64,000 nucleotides of DNA from an uncultured Gemmatimonadaceae bacterium (GCA_963761305.1 CAVXGK010000001.1:640001-704000); one strand, 5' to 3'. Positions 1 to 11,400 are shown, counted from the first letter of the stretch. Translations and numbers: made by a program. Notes: generated by a model from the sequence alone, not told the origin.

Positions 1-26
1 CGACGCCAATTCGTCGATTCCAGATT

Positions 27-260
27 TCAACTCGCCACTGCTCGCGGTGAGTCCGGCCTCGCTCGGATTTCACTCATTGCGGCGCGAAATCAGATCGCAC
101 TGGCGTGGCGCGCGCGCAACACCACGCCGTTTTTTTCGCCACCGCACGACAGTCAGTCGTCGCCGCCTCGAGCTCAGCTTTCGACGGATCGCATTCAGTC
201 GCCAACGGACCGACGTCATTCGACGCAGGATCGCTCTCAGCCCGTCTCTCCCCGCCCTCC
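27..260. repeat. Degenerate 21-bp-period repeat tract (TCAG-like core)
   Basis: TCAG at 90, 153, 174, 195 and 237, TCAT at 216, TCAA at 27 and TCCG at 258 are all at multiples of 21 nt. The minus frame reads Arg-rich heptads (LRAILRR MTSVRWR LNAIRRK LSSRRRR LTVVRWR). Confidence 0.55.
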
Positions 261-641
261 GTGTACGACAGCGCGTGGAACTGCCGTCAACTCCCGGCCG
301 CAATCCACATTTCAACACCGAAAGGCGCGACGAACGCGAGTCGGGCGAGCGATGCCCTCCGTGGTGTCGGCTCATATCGGTGCTCGGGGCTCAACGCCTC
401 CTCGATCGCTCGCGCAAGACCGCCGAAAAACGGCTCACGACCGTGCAAAGCCAGCGCCGCACGAGCCAAAGTCCGCGCCGACGCGCCACGAGTCATCAAC
501 GGACCGAGGTAAATGCAACAAGTGTTGCGGAGACGCAGCAAAGGAACGAACTCAGTGAGCTAACGACCGAACTCAGAGACCAAAAGAAAAACTCAGTCGT
601 CAAGCGACCGAGCTGCGGGTCCTCCGACCACCGCGGCAGTG

Positions 642-1133
642 CTAGTCAGGGCCCGGATGCGGCAATTCCCTATGGTCGGCCGGCGGTTCCTCGCGCGCGA
701 CGTCCAGTTGGTGCTCACCCACGCGCCGCCGCGACGTCCGGTGAGCCTCCGCCCGGACGCGCACCTCCTCGAACTGCCGTTGAAGAGCCACCAACTCGTC
801 ATCGCTCAACCCTTCCATGTGCACCAACTCGTTCCGAGCCTGGCGAACGGCGCGAAGCAGCTCGTCGAGCTTGAGCTGCGTCACCTGCGAATCACGGTTC
901 TGAGTGTTCTGAATCACGAACACCATCAGAAAGGTCATGATGGTGGTTCCGGTGTTGATCAGCAGTTGCCAGGCGTTCGAGAAGTGGAAGATCGGCCCGG
1001 CGATTCCCCACGCGACGACCAGCAACAGCGCGGACGCGAACGCCCACGGCGCACCGACCGCGCGCGAGATGCCCTGCGAGAATCGCCGGAACCAGTCGAA
1101 GCGTGGCGAAAGAATCGTCTGCGAATCGCTCAT
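642..1133 (-). CDS. Low-affinity iron permease (Fet4-like) family small membrane protein
   Basis: Motif WQLLINTGTTIMTFLMVFVIQNTQNRD...LKLDEL; two TM segments; ATG at 1133. Confidence 0.85.
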   Translation of the reverse strand: MSDSQTILSPRFDWFRRFSQGISRAVGAPWAFASALLLVVAWGIAGPIFHFSNAWQLLINTGTTIMTFLMVFVIQNTQNRDSQVTQLKLDELLRAVRQARNELVHMEGLSDDELVALQRQFEEVRVRAEAHRTSRRRVGEHQLDVAREEPPADHRELPHPGPD

Positions 1134-1177
1134 GGTCGACGTACTGTGCAAGGATCGTTCGACCCGCCCCGCCCGCG

Positions 1178-1684
1178 TCACTCGGCGAGCGGCCTCGTCT
1201 CTACGGTCACGACCCGCGGCGCGTGCCCCGTCTCCTCGAGAAAGCGCTCGATGCCGGCGCGCTCCATGACGATCGTTTCGGTGTTCACCAGCGGATGGCA
1301 TCGCCACCGAGTCGCGGCCCATACGTCGCGGTCGACGAACAGCTCGACGCCGTGCGCCGTGTCGTTCGCCAGGCCGAACACCGTCACCGAGCCGGGCTCG
1401 ACGCCCAAATGTCGCATCAAACGGTCGGGCGAGCCGAAGCTGAGATGATCGGCGCCGGCAGCGTCCGCGAAGCGTTTGACGTCCACCGCCTTCGCGCACG
1501 TCGTCACGAGCAACAGGTGCCGGCGACCGCGCTTGTCGCGCAGGAACAGGTTCTTCGTCTGTACGGCGTCGCTCGCCGGGATCGCGGCCTCGGCTTCGTC
1601 GCACGTGTGCACGGGCGCGTGGATGTGGCGCTCGTACACGAGTCCGAGCCGATCGAACATCGCGCACAGCTCGTCCGGCGTCAT
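1178..1684 (-). CDS. Prolyl-tRNA editing (YbaK/ProX-type) protein
   Basis: Motifs KNLFLRDK, LSFGSPDRL..HLGVEPGSV and HPLVNT. ATG overlaps the stop of the upstream MFS gene. Confidence 0.85.
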   Translation of the reverse strand: MTPDELCAMFDRLGLVYERHIHAPVHTCDEAEAAIPASDAVQTKNLFLRDKRGRRHLLLVTTCAKAVDVKRFADAAGADHLSFGSPDRLMRHLGVEPGSVTVFGLANDTAHGVELFVDRDVWAATRWRCHPLVNTETIVMERAGIERFLEETGHAPRVVTVETRPLAE

Positions 1685-2940
1685 CACGAGACCGCCCGCG
1701 CCGCGGCCGGCGTTTCGGTCCGCATCGGGCCGAGCGCGATCACCAGAGCGATCGTCGTCAATGCCGCCACGAACGTGACGACGCCGGGCCAAGCCCAGCG
1801 ATCCCAGAACACGCCGCCCGCCGATCCGGCGACGCTAGACCCGATGTAGTAGAAGAACAAGTAGAGCGCCGCCGCCTGCGCCTTGGCGTGGCTCGCGCGC
1901 AGTCCCACCCAACTGCTCGCCACCGAGTGGCCGCCGAAGAATCCGAACGTGACGACCGCGACGCCGGCGATCACGAACGCCAGCGGACGCGTGACGGTTA
2001 GCGCGACGCCGACCAGCATCACCGCCGCCATCCGCGCGAGCATCGTGCTTCGGCCGACGCGATCGGCGCGTGATCCGATCCACGCCGACGCGAAGATGCC
2101 GACCAGATACACGATGAAGATGAACCCGACGGCGGCTTGACTCAGCGAATACGGCTCGCGCAGCAGATGATACGCGACGTAGTTGTAGGTCGTGACGAAG
2201 GCGCCGGAGAACAGAAAACCCAGGGCATACAGCGGAACGAGCCGAGGGTCGCGAAGCTGTTCCCAGAACGTGAGCGACAGCGCGCCGACTCGCAGTGGCC
2301 GTGGTTTGAAGTGCCGCGACGGTGGAAGGCTTCGCCATGCGACGACGGCCGCGACGACGCCCAGAAATCCGATCGCGGCGAGCGCCCAGCGCCACGAGAG
2401 AGCGTCGGTGACGAGCCCCGTGAGCAACCGACCGATCATGCCGCCGAGTCCGTTGCCGCCAACGGCCAGCCCCATGGCCAGCCCGATCGAGTTCGGATGC
2501 ACTTCCTCGCTCAGATACGCCATGGAGAGTGCCGGCAACCCGGCGAACGAGATGCCCGCCAGCGCGCGAAGCAGGAGCAACACGCTCCACCGTGTGGCGA
2601 ACGCGCACCCGATCGTGAGCAGCGCCGAGGCGAGCAGCGACGCGAGCATCAGTGGTACCCGGCCGCGCGCTTCGGAAAACGCGCCGGCGATGATCAACGA
2701 CGGCGCCAGGAAACCCGTCGTCAGCGACAGCGGCAGACTGCTCGCCGCGGCGCTGACGTGGAAATCGCGCGCGAACACCGGCATCAACGGCTGCACGCAA
2801 TACAGCAGCGCGAACGTCGCGAAGCCGGCGGAGAACAGCGCGAGCGTCGTGCGGCGAAACTCCGGTTGTCCGTGCCGAATCAGTTGCGGCGGCGCGGGGA
2901 CCGGGCTCGCTGACGGGGCGGGCGTGGCGGAGGGGAGCAC
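1684..2940 (-). CDS. MFS transporter (YnfM-like)
   Basis: About 12 TM segments; LFSAGFATFALLYCVQPLMP and AYLSEEV motifs. Confidence 0.85.
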   Translation of the reverse strand: MLPSATPAPSASPVPAPPQLIRHGQPEFRRTTLALFSAGFATFALLYCVQPLMPVFARDFHVSAAASSLPLSLTTGFLAPSLIIAGAFSEARGRVPLMLASLLASALLTIGCAFATRWSVLLLLRALAGISFAGLPALSMAYLSEEVHPNSIGLAMGLAVGGNGLGGMIGRLLTGLVTDALSWRWALAAIGFLGVVAAVVAWRSLPPSRHFKPRPLRVGALSLTFWEQLRDPRLVPLYALGFLFSGAFVTTYNYVAYHLLREPYSLSQAAVGFIFIVYLVGIFASAWIGSRADRVGRSTMLARMAAVMLVGVALTVTRPLAFVIAGVAVVTFGFFGGHSVASSWVGLRASHAKAQAAALYLFFYYIGSSVAGSAGGVFWDRWAWPGVVTFVAALTTIALVIALGPMRTETPAAARAVS

Positions 2941-2986
2941 GACGTGAAACTAAGTCGTCGTGCTCCCTCCGCTGCGACCGTCGTGG

Positions 2987-5503
2987 CTACTCGGCCCCGC
3001 CGCCGCCTGTCGCCATGCGGATCTGCGCCATCCGCTCCGGCGACGCCGAGAACAGACCCTCGGGGAAATGCCGGTACTGGAGCATCTGTCCGTAGATCGT
3101 CGCCTGGTCGTAACGGTTCAGGCCGAGGCCGGCGAGAAATTGCAGCCGCAGGTTGCGGTCGTGGTTGATCTGCGCGTCGGCGAGCCACGGACGGAGCATG
3201 GCTTCGTTGCCGGCGAAGGTCGCGAACAGCTCGGTCGCCGAATTCACACCGATCTCGTGGAGCGACTTCGCGACCTGCGCGTACTGCGGACTGGCCAGAC
3301 GCTGCTCGATGTCGTCGACGTTGATGTGCATCGCGCCCATCTGCCCGACGAGCACGAGGTCGTAGCCGGCGCCGTTGTTCGTGTTGCCGAACACCACGCC
3401 GTTCGGGAACGCCTGGAAGAACGTCGCGATCTCGCTCTTCACCGCTTCCGGGCTGCTCTCGTAGAGCTGCACGAAGAGCGTCACCACGCCCCCCGGATTC
3501 AGGTGATCCTTCACGACGTCGAAGAATTCCTTCGTGTAGAGCGTCGCCGCGCCCTTCACCCACGGATCGAGCGGGTCCGACGTCACGGCGTCGAACTTCT
3601 GCTTCGTCGTGAGAATGAAATGCCGCGCGTCGTCGATTTCGACGTGGACCTTGGGATTCGTGACGACGTTGAAATTGTGCGCGCCGAAGTACTTCGACAC
3701 GACCGCCGGCACCAGCGGCTCGATCTCGGCGATCGTCTCGCTCTGAAGCGCGGGGTCGATGCTCACCGCGCCGGCCGTGACGCCCGCGCCGCACCCGATG
3801 ACCAGCACCGAACTCGGATGCGGCGGCAGCAGCGTCGTCAGATGGCCGAGCATTCGCTGTAGCTTCATGTCCTGCGGCTCGCTCGACGCCTGCACTTTGC
3901 CGGCGTTGTGGTAATTCAGCACGCCGTTCGACAACTGCGACACCGCGACCGACGCGGTCATTCCTTCGCCGACGTAGATGAAGTCATTGGCGTTTTCGAG
4001 GCGCGTCGCGAACCAGCGGCCGTAGCCGACGAGAAGCGGGGGCACCGGGGGCACCGACTTCATGAGCAGCAGCGAAATCGCCGCCGTCGCGACGCCGATC
4101 CAGACTCGCCGCGGCGTGGTCCTGAGCTTCGAGACGCCTTCGACGGCGACCGGCACGAGCGTGATCAGCGCGCTCAGTGCCGCGACGGCGATGAGCAGGC
4201 GCTGGGACGTCCGCGTTCCGAGCCACGCGATGATCAACAAGCTCCCGAACAGCGCGCCGACGATCCCACCGATCGTGTTCGCGGCGTACACGCTGCCGAC
4301 GAGGCGGGCGGGATCCTTGGCGCCGCGACCGACTGCCGCCAACGCGAGCGGGAAGCTCGCACCCCAGAGCACGGCCGCCGGGAACACCGACCACACGCAG
4401 CGCACGAGGTCGATTTGGAACGTCGGCGTCGCGTCGACCGCCAGACCCGGACTGACCGGCCAATACGGAAGGATCACGGTCATCGAGTACGCGGCCCACG
4501 CAATCGCTCCCGTGAGCAGCAGCTGACAGACGCCCAACATCACGCGGGGATGCTTGGTCGTGCGAGCGATCGCCGAACCGCCGGTGCTGCCCAGGCCAAG
4601 GCCGAGCAGGAACGCGGCGAGGATCAACGAGAACGTGTACGTCGTGGCGCCGAGCAAGAGCGAGAGAAGACGCGTCCAAACGGCTTCGGCGGCCAGCGCC
4701 GTCGCGCCCGAAAGCGCAATGGCGGCGTACACCGGCCATGCGCCCGGCGCGACCAGCGGGCTGGACTCGGCCTCATCGGGCGAGGCGTCGTCGGCGCCAC
4801 GGTAGACCGTGGCGCGAGCGAGGGCGAGGCTGGTGAATGCGACCAGCACGTCGATGGCCACAGCGACGTAGGTCGCGACAGCCATGTCAAAAACGCGAAG
4901 CAGATAGAACCCGGCGAGGAGGCAGCCGAGCACCGCGCCGGCGATGTTGCCGCCGTAGAAGAACCCGAGCCAGGCCACGCCCTCGGACGTGGTCTCCACC
5001 CATCGGGCGATCGCCGGAAGCGTGGCGCCCATCAGCAGCGTCGGGGGCAACAGACAGAGCGCGCAGAACAGGCCGCGCACCAGCAGATCGGCCGTTCCGT
5101 GCAGGGCGATCGCGAAGTACAGACCGCCGGCGTACGGAAGACCCCACAACACCAGCAGCCCGAATGCGGCGATCGCCAACTCGAGAATCGCGTAGACGCG
5201 CAGCGGGTGTTGTCGTCGCGAGACGAACTTGGCCAGGTACAGACTGCCGATGCACATGCCGCCCATGAACGTGCCTAGCAGCACACCGAGCGACACCGCC
5301 GACGATCCGATGATGAGGCTCAGGAGCTGAAACCAGACGATCTCGTAGATCAACGCCGCGCACCCGCTCCCGATGAACAGGAGGACGACGAGCGGCAGCA
5401 GGCGATTGGCGACTGGCGACCCGCTCCCGACATCCCCGGCCGAGGCTTGGCCAGGACCGGTGTAGGACGCGCGACGCTGTTGTTGTTTGGTGGATGACGA
5501 CAC
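2987..5503 (-). CDS. Fused multi-TM membrane / spermidine-synthase-like (SAM-dependent) protein
   Basis: N-terminal SGCAALIYEIVW membrane domain; C-terminal VLVIGCGAGVT, EIEP, DDARHF and FDAVTSD motifs. Start approximate (GTG 5503). Confidence 0.8.
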   Translation of the reverse strand: MSSSTKQQQRRASYTGPGQASAGDVGSGSPVANRLLPLVVLLFIGSGCAALIYEIVWFQLLSLIIGSSAVSLGVLLGTFMGGMCIGSLYLAKFVSRRQHPLRVYAILELAIAAFGLLVLWGLPYAGGLYFAIALHGTADLLVRGLFCALCLLPPTLLMGATLPAIARWVETTSEGVAWLGFFYGGNIAGAVLGCLLAGFYLLRVFDMAVATYVAVAIDVLVAFTSLALARATVYRGADDASPDEAESSPLVAPGAWPVYAAIALSGATALAAEAVWTRLLSLLLGATTYTFSLILAAFLLGLGLGSTGGSAIARTTKHPRVMLGVCQLLLTGAIAWAAYSMTVILPYWPVSPGLAVDATPTFQIDLVRCVWSVFPAAVLWGASFPLALAAVGRGAKDPARLVGSVYAANTIGGIVGALFGSLLIIAWLGTRTSQRLLIAVAALSALITLVPVAVEGVSKLRTTPRRVWIGVATAAISLLLMKSVPPVPPLLVGYGRWFATRLENANDFIYVGEGMTASVAVSQLSNGVLNYHNAGKVQASSEPQDMKLQRMLGHLTTLLPPHPSSVLVIGCGAGVTAGAVSIDPALQSETIAEIEPLVPAVVSKYFGAHNFNVVTNPKVHVEIDDARHFILTTKQKFDAVTSDPLDPWVKGAATLYTKEFFDVVKDHLNPGGVVTLFVQLYESSPEAVKSEIATFFQAFPNGVVFGNTNNGAGYDLVLVGQMGAMHINVDDIEQRLASPQYAQVAKSLHEIGVNSATELFATFAGNEAMLRPWLADAQINHDRNLRLQFLAGLGLNRYDQATIYGQMLQYRHFPEGLFSASPERMAQIRMATGGGGAE

Positions 5504-5774
5504 GGCGGGAATAGCTCGGAAAAGGGAGAGGAGCCGGCCTTCGGAACTGGCTGCGGCCAGAACCGTTACGCGGTCGGCAGACCCTATGTTGGCAGCGTGC
5601 GCGACGTCAGTCCAGTTGTCGCGCGCCGGGACGACGCAAGGGCCCACAACGGGTGCCGGGTCGCCTGACAAAAAATAGCGTCGGGCGTGAGGACTCGAGG
5701 GCCTCACACCCGACGCTGCGAATCGTTCGGAATCGGAGTCGGCGCCGGCGTTTGAGCCGGCGCGGCCGAGCGAA

Positions 5775-5954
5775 TTAGTTGTTCAATTCGTTGTCGTCCG
5801 CGTCGAAACTGGGCTGCGACCCATCGTCGCGACGTGCGTAGTTCGAACCGGCCTGGGCCGTGTGCTGTTGACGGGTGTGGCGGTCGAGCTGCTCACGCGA
5901 ATCGAAATGCGCGCCGCATTGGTGGCACTCGAAATCCTGATCGTTCTGGGCCAT
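5775..5954 (-). CDS. 59-aa protein with a single classical C2H2 zinc finger
   Basis: FECHQCGAHFDSREQLDRHTRQQH matches F-x-C-x2-C-x3-F-x5-L-x2-H-x4-H; GAGGA RBS upstream of ATG 5954. Confidence 0.7.
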   Translation of the reverse strand: MAQNDQDFECHQCGAHFDSREQLDRHTRQQHTAQAGSNYARRDDGSQPSFDADDNELNN

Positions 5955-6113
5955 GTGCGTGTCCTCGCGGTTGGGGCCGGCCCACACGCGTCGCTCGACG
6001 CGGCGACGCCGCGCCACGTCGCACGCGGTTCGCACGCGGTGTGCCGGACAAACCAACTCGCCCCGGCAATTCGATGCCGGGGCGAGCGGTTGTCACCAAG
6101 ACGGGTGCGCGTC

Positions 6114-7007
6114 CTATCGCTGAACGATGATCAGATACTTCGACGTCGCCCAGAACTTGTCGGCTTCCGCGATCTCGAGCGGCCCGTGGAACTTGGCGCC
6201 GTCGCGCGCCGCGACCTTGGCGTCGTCGAGGCTCTGGCGCGACACGATCTGATATTCGCGCGTCGAATCCGGAAGCGAGATCGAATGCACCGCGCGCGTG
6301 TCGATCGGCGTGAAATCCGTTGGCTTGAGATCGCGGGCCGGCACCAGCGTGCGGCCGAAGCGATGGACCAACAAGTTCGTGCCGCCCTCGCGCGTGATCA
6401 CGCCCTTCTGCAGCAGCTCGTCCTCCGTGCCGACCACATAGTAGGCCTTGGCCGACTCGGTGCGAACCGTCTCGAGATCCTTCCCGAGCTGGTCGATGCG
6501 GCCCTGCAGGAGCACGATCGTCTGCGCCTGCTGGTCGACGCTCGTCATCAGATCGGCGATGTGCTTCACGTCGCCCGCGATCGAATCACGGAGCGCGCGA
6601 TTCTCGTCGGTGAGCTTGCCGTTGGCGGCGAGCAGCTGCTCGTGTTGATGCTTCAGCTCAGTGACCTGGCGCGCCGTGGCGCGCGCCCGTTCGACGAGCG
6701 CGTCGACGCGGCGCAGCATGTCCTTGCGCGCGCGCAGCTGATCCTGGATGCCGCTCTCGGACGTCTTCTTGTTCGAGCTCGCGCTGAGACCCTTCACGCG
6801 CGAGATCGAGCTGTCGATGCGGCCGATGAACAGATTCGCGTCGGCCAGCGTCTGCGACACCGAGTCGCGCTCGGCGGACAGCTTGCCGAGGAGCGCGCGC
6901 TGCTGCGAGACGAGCGCGGTCGCGCTGTCGGCGCGGACGCGTTCGTGCGTGTCGGTGCACGCGGTGGCGAGAAGAACGAGCGAGGGAACAAGAAGGCGGT
7001 TGCGCAT
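6114..7007 (-). CDS. Coiled-coil lipoprotein of unknown function
   Basis: Lipobox LATAC, long heptad region, then a globular C-terminal domain (YYVVGTEDELLQKGVI). Confidence 0.7.
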   Translation of the reverse strand: MRNRLLVPSLVLLATACTDTHERVRADSATALVSQQRALLGKLSAERDSVSQTLADANLFIGRIDSSISRVKGLSASSNKKTSESGIQDQLRARKDMLRRVDALVERARATARQVTELKHQHEQLLAANGKLTDENRALRDSIAGDVKHIADLMTSVDQQAQTIVLLQGRIDQLGKDLETVRTESAKAYYVVGTEDELLQKGVITREGGTNLLVHRFGRTLVPARDLKPTDFTPIDTRAVHSISLPDSTREYQIVSRQSLDDAKVAARDGAKFHGPLEIAEADKFWATSKYLIIVQR

Positions 7008-7160
7008 GAGAATCACACTCGGGTAAACGGCCGCGCGTCCATCGCGCGACCCGAATGAAAGGTGCCCTCGCCGGCCCTCAAACGTGTAGGGCGAGCGGCA
7101 CACCGCCTCTGTGACGAAGCGCACACCGGGCGCGCAACATCAGATTGCTGCTGAGTACCC

Positions 7161-8138
7161 TCAGATCGTTTCCAGATCTTCTAAGTACATCGCCAGCGCG
7201 AAATGGCCCGCGAAACGGGCCCAGTCCGCCGGCGTCGCCTCGTGGTCGGCGTCCTTGACCCGGGGATTCGCGCCGGCGGCGAGCAGCGCGTCGACGACGT
7301 CGCGCGCGTTGCACTTCGCCGCGTAGTGGAGCGGCCGGTCGCCCTGCGGCCCGCAGGACACGTCGACGTCCACGCCCTGCACGATGAGAAAGCTCACCGT
7401 CGCCAGATTGGCCAGCGCCGCCGCGGTGTGCAGCGGCGTTTCGCCGTAGCCGCTCGCCGGATTGAGCCCGTCGCGTCGGGCGCCGAGGATGTCGGCGCGG
7501 CGGGCCGACAGCGCGAGCAGCGCGTCGACGTCGTCGAGGGCGGCGAAGAGCCACGCGTCCGCCTCGCCGCTCCGCTCCATGAGGAATCTTGCAATCGGGC
7601 GCCGTGTGCGGCGTCCGTAGGCCGCGCTGCGGGCCGCCGAGGCGCCGTATTTGTTGAGCGCGTCGAGGTCGGCGCCGTGCGCGACGAGAAAAGCCGCCAC
7701 CTCCACCGTCGCCGCAAAGTGCAGCGGCGGCGCCTGGTTCGCCCGCCGCTCGCGCACCACGCCCGGATCCCGCGCGACGATCTCCGACAACCGCGCGAGG
7801 TCGCCGAGCGCCGCGGCTTCCCACGCGTCCACCTGCGCGCCGTGCGACCGTAGCAGGTCGACCAGCTCGCGCGATTCGCGCCCCGCGGCGAGGAGCATCG
7901 GCGTCCAGCCGTCGTACATGTCGCTCGGATGATTCGGGTCGGCGCCGGCTTCGAGCAGCAGCGACGCGACGTCGGTGCGTCCGTTCTCCACCGCCACGTG
8001 CAGCGCCGTCGGCTCGCCGCCCCAGATCGGGTGCGGCCCGGTCACCCGCGCCAACTCCGGCGAACGCGCCAGCACCCGAGCGGCCGCCGCGCGGTCTCCC
8101 GCGCGCGAGGCGTCGAAGAGTTCGTCGAGCGATTTCAC
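7161..8138 (-). CDS. Ankyrin repeat protein
   Basis: Repeated TALHVAV/TPLHTAA/RPLHYAA..GAD motifs; GGGGAGG RBS before GTG 8138. Confidence 0.85.
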   Translation of the reverse strand: MKSLDELFDASRAGDRAAAARVLARSPELARVTGPHPIWGGEPTALHVAVENGRTDVASLLLEAGADPNHPSDMYDGWTPMLLAAGRESRELVDLLRSHGAQVDAWEAAALGDLARLSEIVARDPGVVRERRANQAPPLHFAATVEVAAFLVAHGADLDALNKYGASAARSAAYGRRTRRPIARFLMERSGEADAWLFAALDDVDALLALSARRADILGARRDGLNPASGYGETPLHTAAALANLATVSFLIVQGVDVDVSCGPQGDRPLHYAAKCNARDVVDALLAAGANPRVKDADHEATPADWARFAGHFALAMYLEDLETI

Positions 8139-8404
8139 GTGTGCCTCCCCTGTTCCGTCACTCGCCCACGCCGAATGCCCCCGACAGTCGACGGCTAACG
8201 TACGATCGCCTTGGACGCGCCGCCATGCGGCTGTGTTCGCCCCTAGATTGCTCGCCGCGAATCCAACGACGTCCCGTCGCGCCGCCGGTAAACCTTCGCC
8301 CCATCCCGCGAGACTAAGCCCAGGAGCCGGTGAAGGATGCTGGGCCGGCAGACGTTGGAATTCGCCAGGCTGTCCCACCACCCTACTCCAGCCCGAGTTT
8401 CGCC

Positions 8405-11400
8405 GTGAGTTTTCGACGTAGCATCATCGCCGCTCTGGCGATGGCGGTCGTTGTCCTCGTGCGTCCCCACATCGCCGCCGCGCAGACCGACGTCGTTCGC
8501 GGCCGTATCATCGGTCCCGACAGCCTCCCGGTCGAGCGCGCGACGATCACCGTCACCTCGCTGACCGGCAACGTCACACGCAGCGCGCGGACCGACAAGA
8601 ACGGCCGCTACACAGTCACCTTTCCCGGCGACGAGGGCGACTATTTCGTCAACGTCGCCGCGCTCGGTTTCGCCGGGCGCCGATTCGAGATCAAGCGGAC
8701 GGGCGATCAGGAGATTTTGATCGCCGACGCCAAGCTTCAGCGAGTCGCCGAGCGGCTCGACGCGGTCAAGGTCAACGCCGACCGGCAACGCGTCGGACGC
8801 AACGACGTGCCCGACATCAGCGGCAGCGAACGCTCCGCGTCAGCGGCGAACGTGTCCGCCGATCAGCTGGGTGATTTGGCCGCCCTCGCCGCCTCGCTTC
8901 CCGGCGTGCAGCTGATTCCCGGCGCCGACGGCAATCCAAACGGGTTCTCCGTGCTCGGCCTCACGCCGGACCAGAATGCGACCACGCTGAATGGGATGAA
9001 CTTCGGCGGATCGAATCTGCCGCGCGACGCGAACGTCAGCACCTCGCTCGTCACGTCGCCGTACGACGTCTCGCGCGGGAACTTCAGCGGCGGCTTGCTC
9101 AATGTTCGGTCGCGTCCCGGCTCGAACTACATCATTCGTACGTCGAGCCTCAACTTCGACGCGCCGCAGATGCAGTGGACGGATCCCGCGGGGCGGCAAC
9201 TCGGCCAGCAGTATCACAACATCTCGGCCGGCGGTCTGTTTTCGGGACCGCTCGAGACCGACAAGTCGTTCTTCTCGATCGCCTATCAGGCCGGGCGGCG
9301 GTCGTCCGACCTTCAGAGCTTGCTCAACACCGACGCCCTCGGGCTTCGCGCCGTCGGGGTCGCGGAAGATTCGGTTCGCAATCTGTTGAACATCCTCGGA
9401 CAGGATCACGTGCCGCCGACCATCGGCGGCGTGCCGGGCGCCCGGCTCAACGACCAAGCGCTCGTCTTCGGCACGTTCGACTGGGCGCCGCCGTCGTCCA
9501 CGACCGGCCAGGCGGTGAACATCACCTTCAACGGCTCGTGGAATCGCCAGGATCCGTCGGGCCTGTCGAGCACCGAGCTCCCGTCCCACGGCGGTGAGCG
9601 CGAGAACTGGTACGGCGGGGTTCAGGCGAAGCACTCGGGCTATTTCGGCTTCGGCGTGCTGAGCGAGACGCAAATCGGCATCAACCGTCTGCGCTTCTAC
9701 GGGAATCCGTTCGTCGACCTGCCCAACGCGTCGGTCCGCGTGACGTCGATGTTCGACGACGGCACGTCGGGCGTGCAGAACCTGTCCTTCGGCGGCAACC
9801 CGACGATGAACGTCAACATGACCACCACGACGGCGCAGGCGATGAACACGCTGTCGTGGTTCAGCGAGAACAACAAGCATCGGCTGAAATTCACGACCGA
9901 GTTGCGGCACGACGAGTACGAGCAGGATCTCAGCACCAACGAGCTCGGCACGTTCAGCTTCAACTCGCTGAGCGATCTCGCCGCCGGGACGCCGGCGTCT
10001 TTCACGCGCCAACTCACGCCGCGCGCGCGCAGCGACGGACAATATGTGCTGGGCACGTCGCTCGGCGATTCATATCGTCCGACCGACGATCTCCAAGTCC
10101 AGTATGGCGTTCGCCTCGACGGCAACCGGTTCGGGTCGACGCCCGAATTCAACCCGGCGGTCGAGCAGGCATTCGGCCTTCGCAACGACTACGTGCCGAG
10201 CAAGATTTACGCGAGCCCGCGCGTCGGCTTCTCGTGGACGTACGGCACGGCGCCGCAGGTCGCCGCGTTCCAGGGTGCGGCGCGCGGCCCGCGCGCGGTG
10301 ATTCGCGGCGGCGTCGGTCTCTTTCAGAACACGCCGAACGCGCAGTCGATCGGCACGGCGCTCGACAACACCGGGCTCCCGTCGGCGGTGCAGCAGCTCG
10401 CCTGCGTCGGCATCGCGACGCCGACGCCGGACTGGCTCGCCTACGCGACGAGTATCGGCTCGATTCCCACGCAGTGCGCGGACGGCACGACGGGGACCGT
10501 GTTCGCCAGCACGGCGCCGAACGTCGCGCTGTTCGACAAGAGCTACTCGGCGCCCAAGGCCCTCCGCTCGAACCTGCAGTGGAACGGCTCGATTCTCGAC
10601 AACATGTTCCTCGCCTCGGTCGACGCGACGTACTCGTTGAACCTCGACCAGCCGAGCACGTTCGACCTGAACTTCAATCCGGTGGAGCAGTTCGCGCTGG
10701 CCAACGAGGGTGGCCGGCCGGTGTACGCGCGCACGTCCGGCATCGTGCCGATCAGCGGCGCCATCGCCGCGGGCGAGTCGCGCCTGGATCCCGCGTTCAC
10801 GCACGTGAGCGAGCTGCGCTCCGACATGGAGTCGGACGCGCGCCAGCTCACCTTCCAGCTCCGGCCGTCGTCGTTCAACTCGAACTATTCGTGGAGCCTG
10901 TCGTACGTGTACGCGAACGCGCGCGATCGTGTGCGCGGCTTCTCGAACACGGACGGCGATCCGCGCACCGCATCGTGGGCGCGGTCGAGCTTCGACTCAC
11001 GCCACCAGATCGTCTACGGCCTGACCTACAACGCGTTCGATTTCATTCGCCTGTCGTGGAACGGCTCGTTCCGGTCTGGCACGCCGTACACGCCGCTCGT
11101 CAGCGGTGACATCAACGGCGACGGCTACTCCAACGATCGCGCATTCATCTTCGACCCGACCAAAACGGCCGACACCGCGCTCGCCGCGGGCATGCGTACG
11201 CTCCTCGCGACCGGCTCGCGCTCGGCGCGCGACTGCCTCCTGAGTCAGTTGAACACCGTGGCCGGACGCAACACCTGCCAGGGTCCGTGGACGTCGACCG
11301 CGTTCCTCAATTTCTCGTTCAACCCGGCCAAGGTGCGCATGCCGCAGCGCGCCAACATCTCCTTCCAGATCTCGAATCCGCTGGCCGCGGCCGACGTGAT

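Noticed and set aside
27..600. CRISPR array interpretation of the periodic tract
   Set aside because: The conserved core is only about 4-7 nt with a 21-nt period, there are no 23-50-bp identical repeats, and no cas genes are present.
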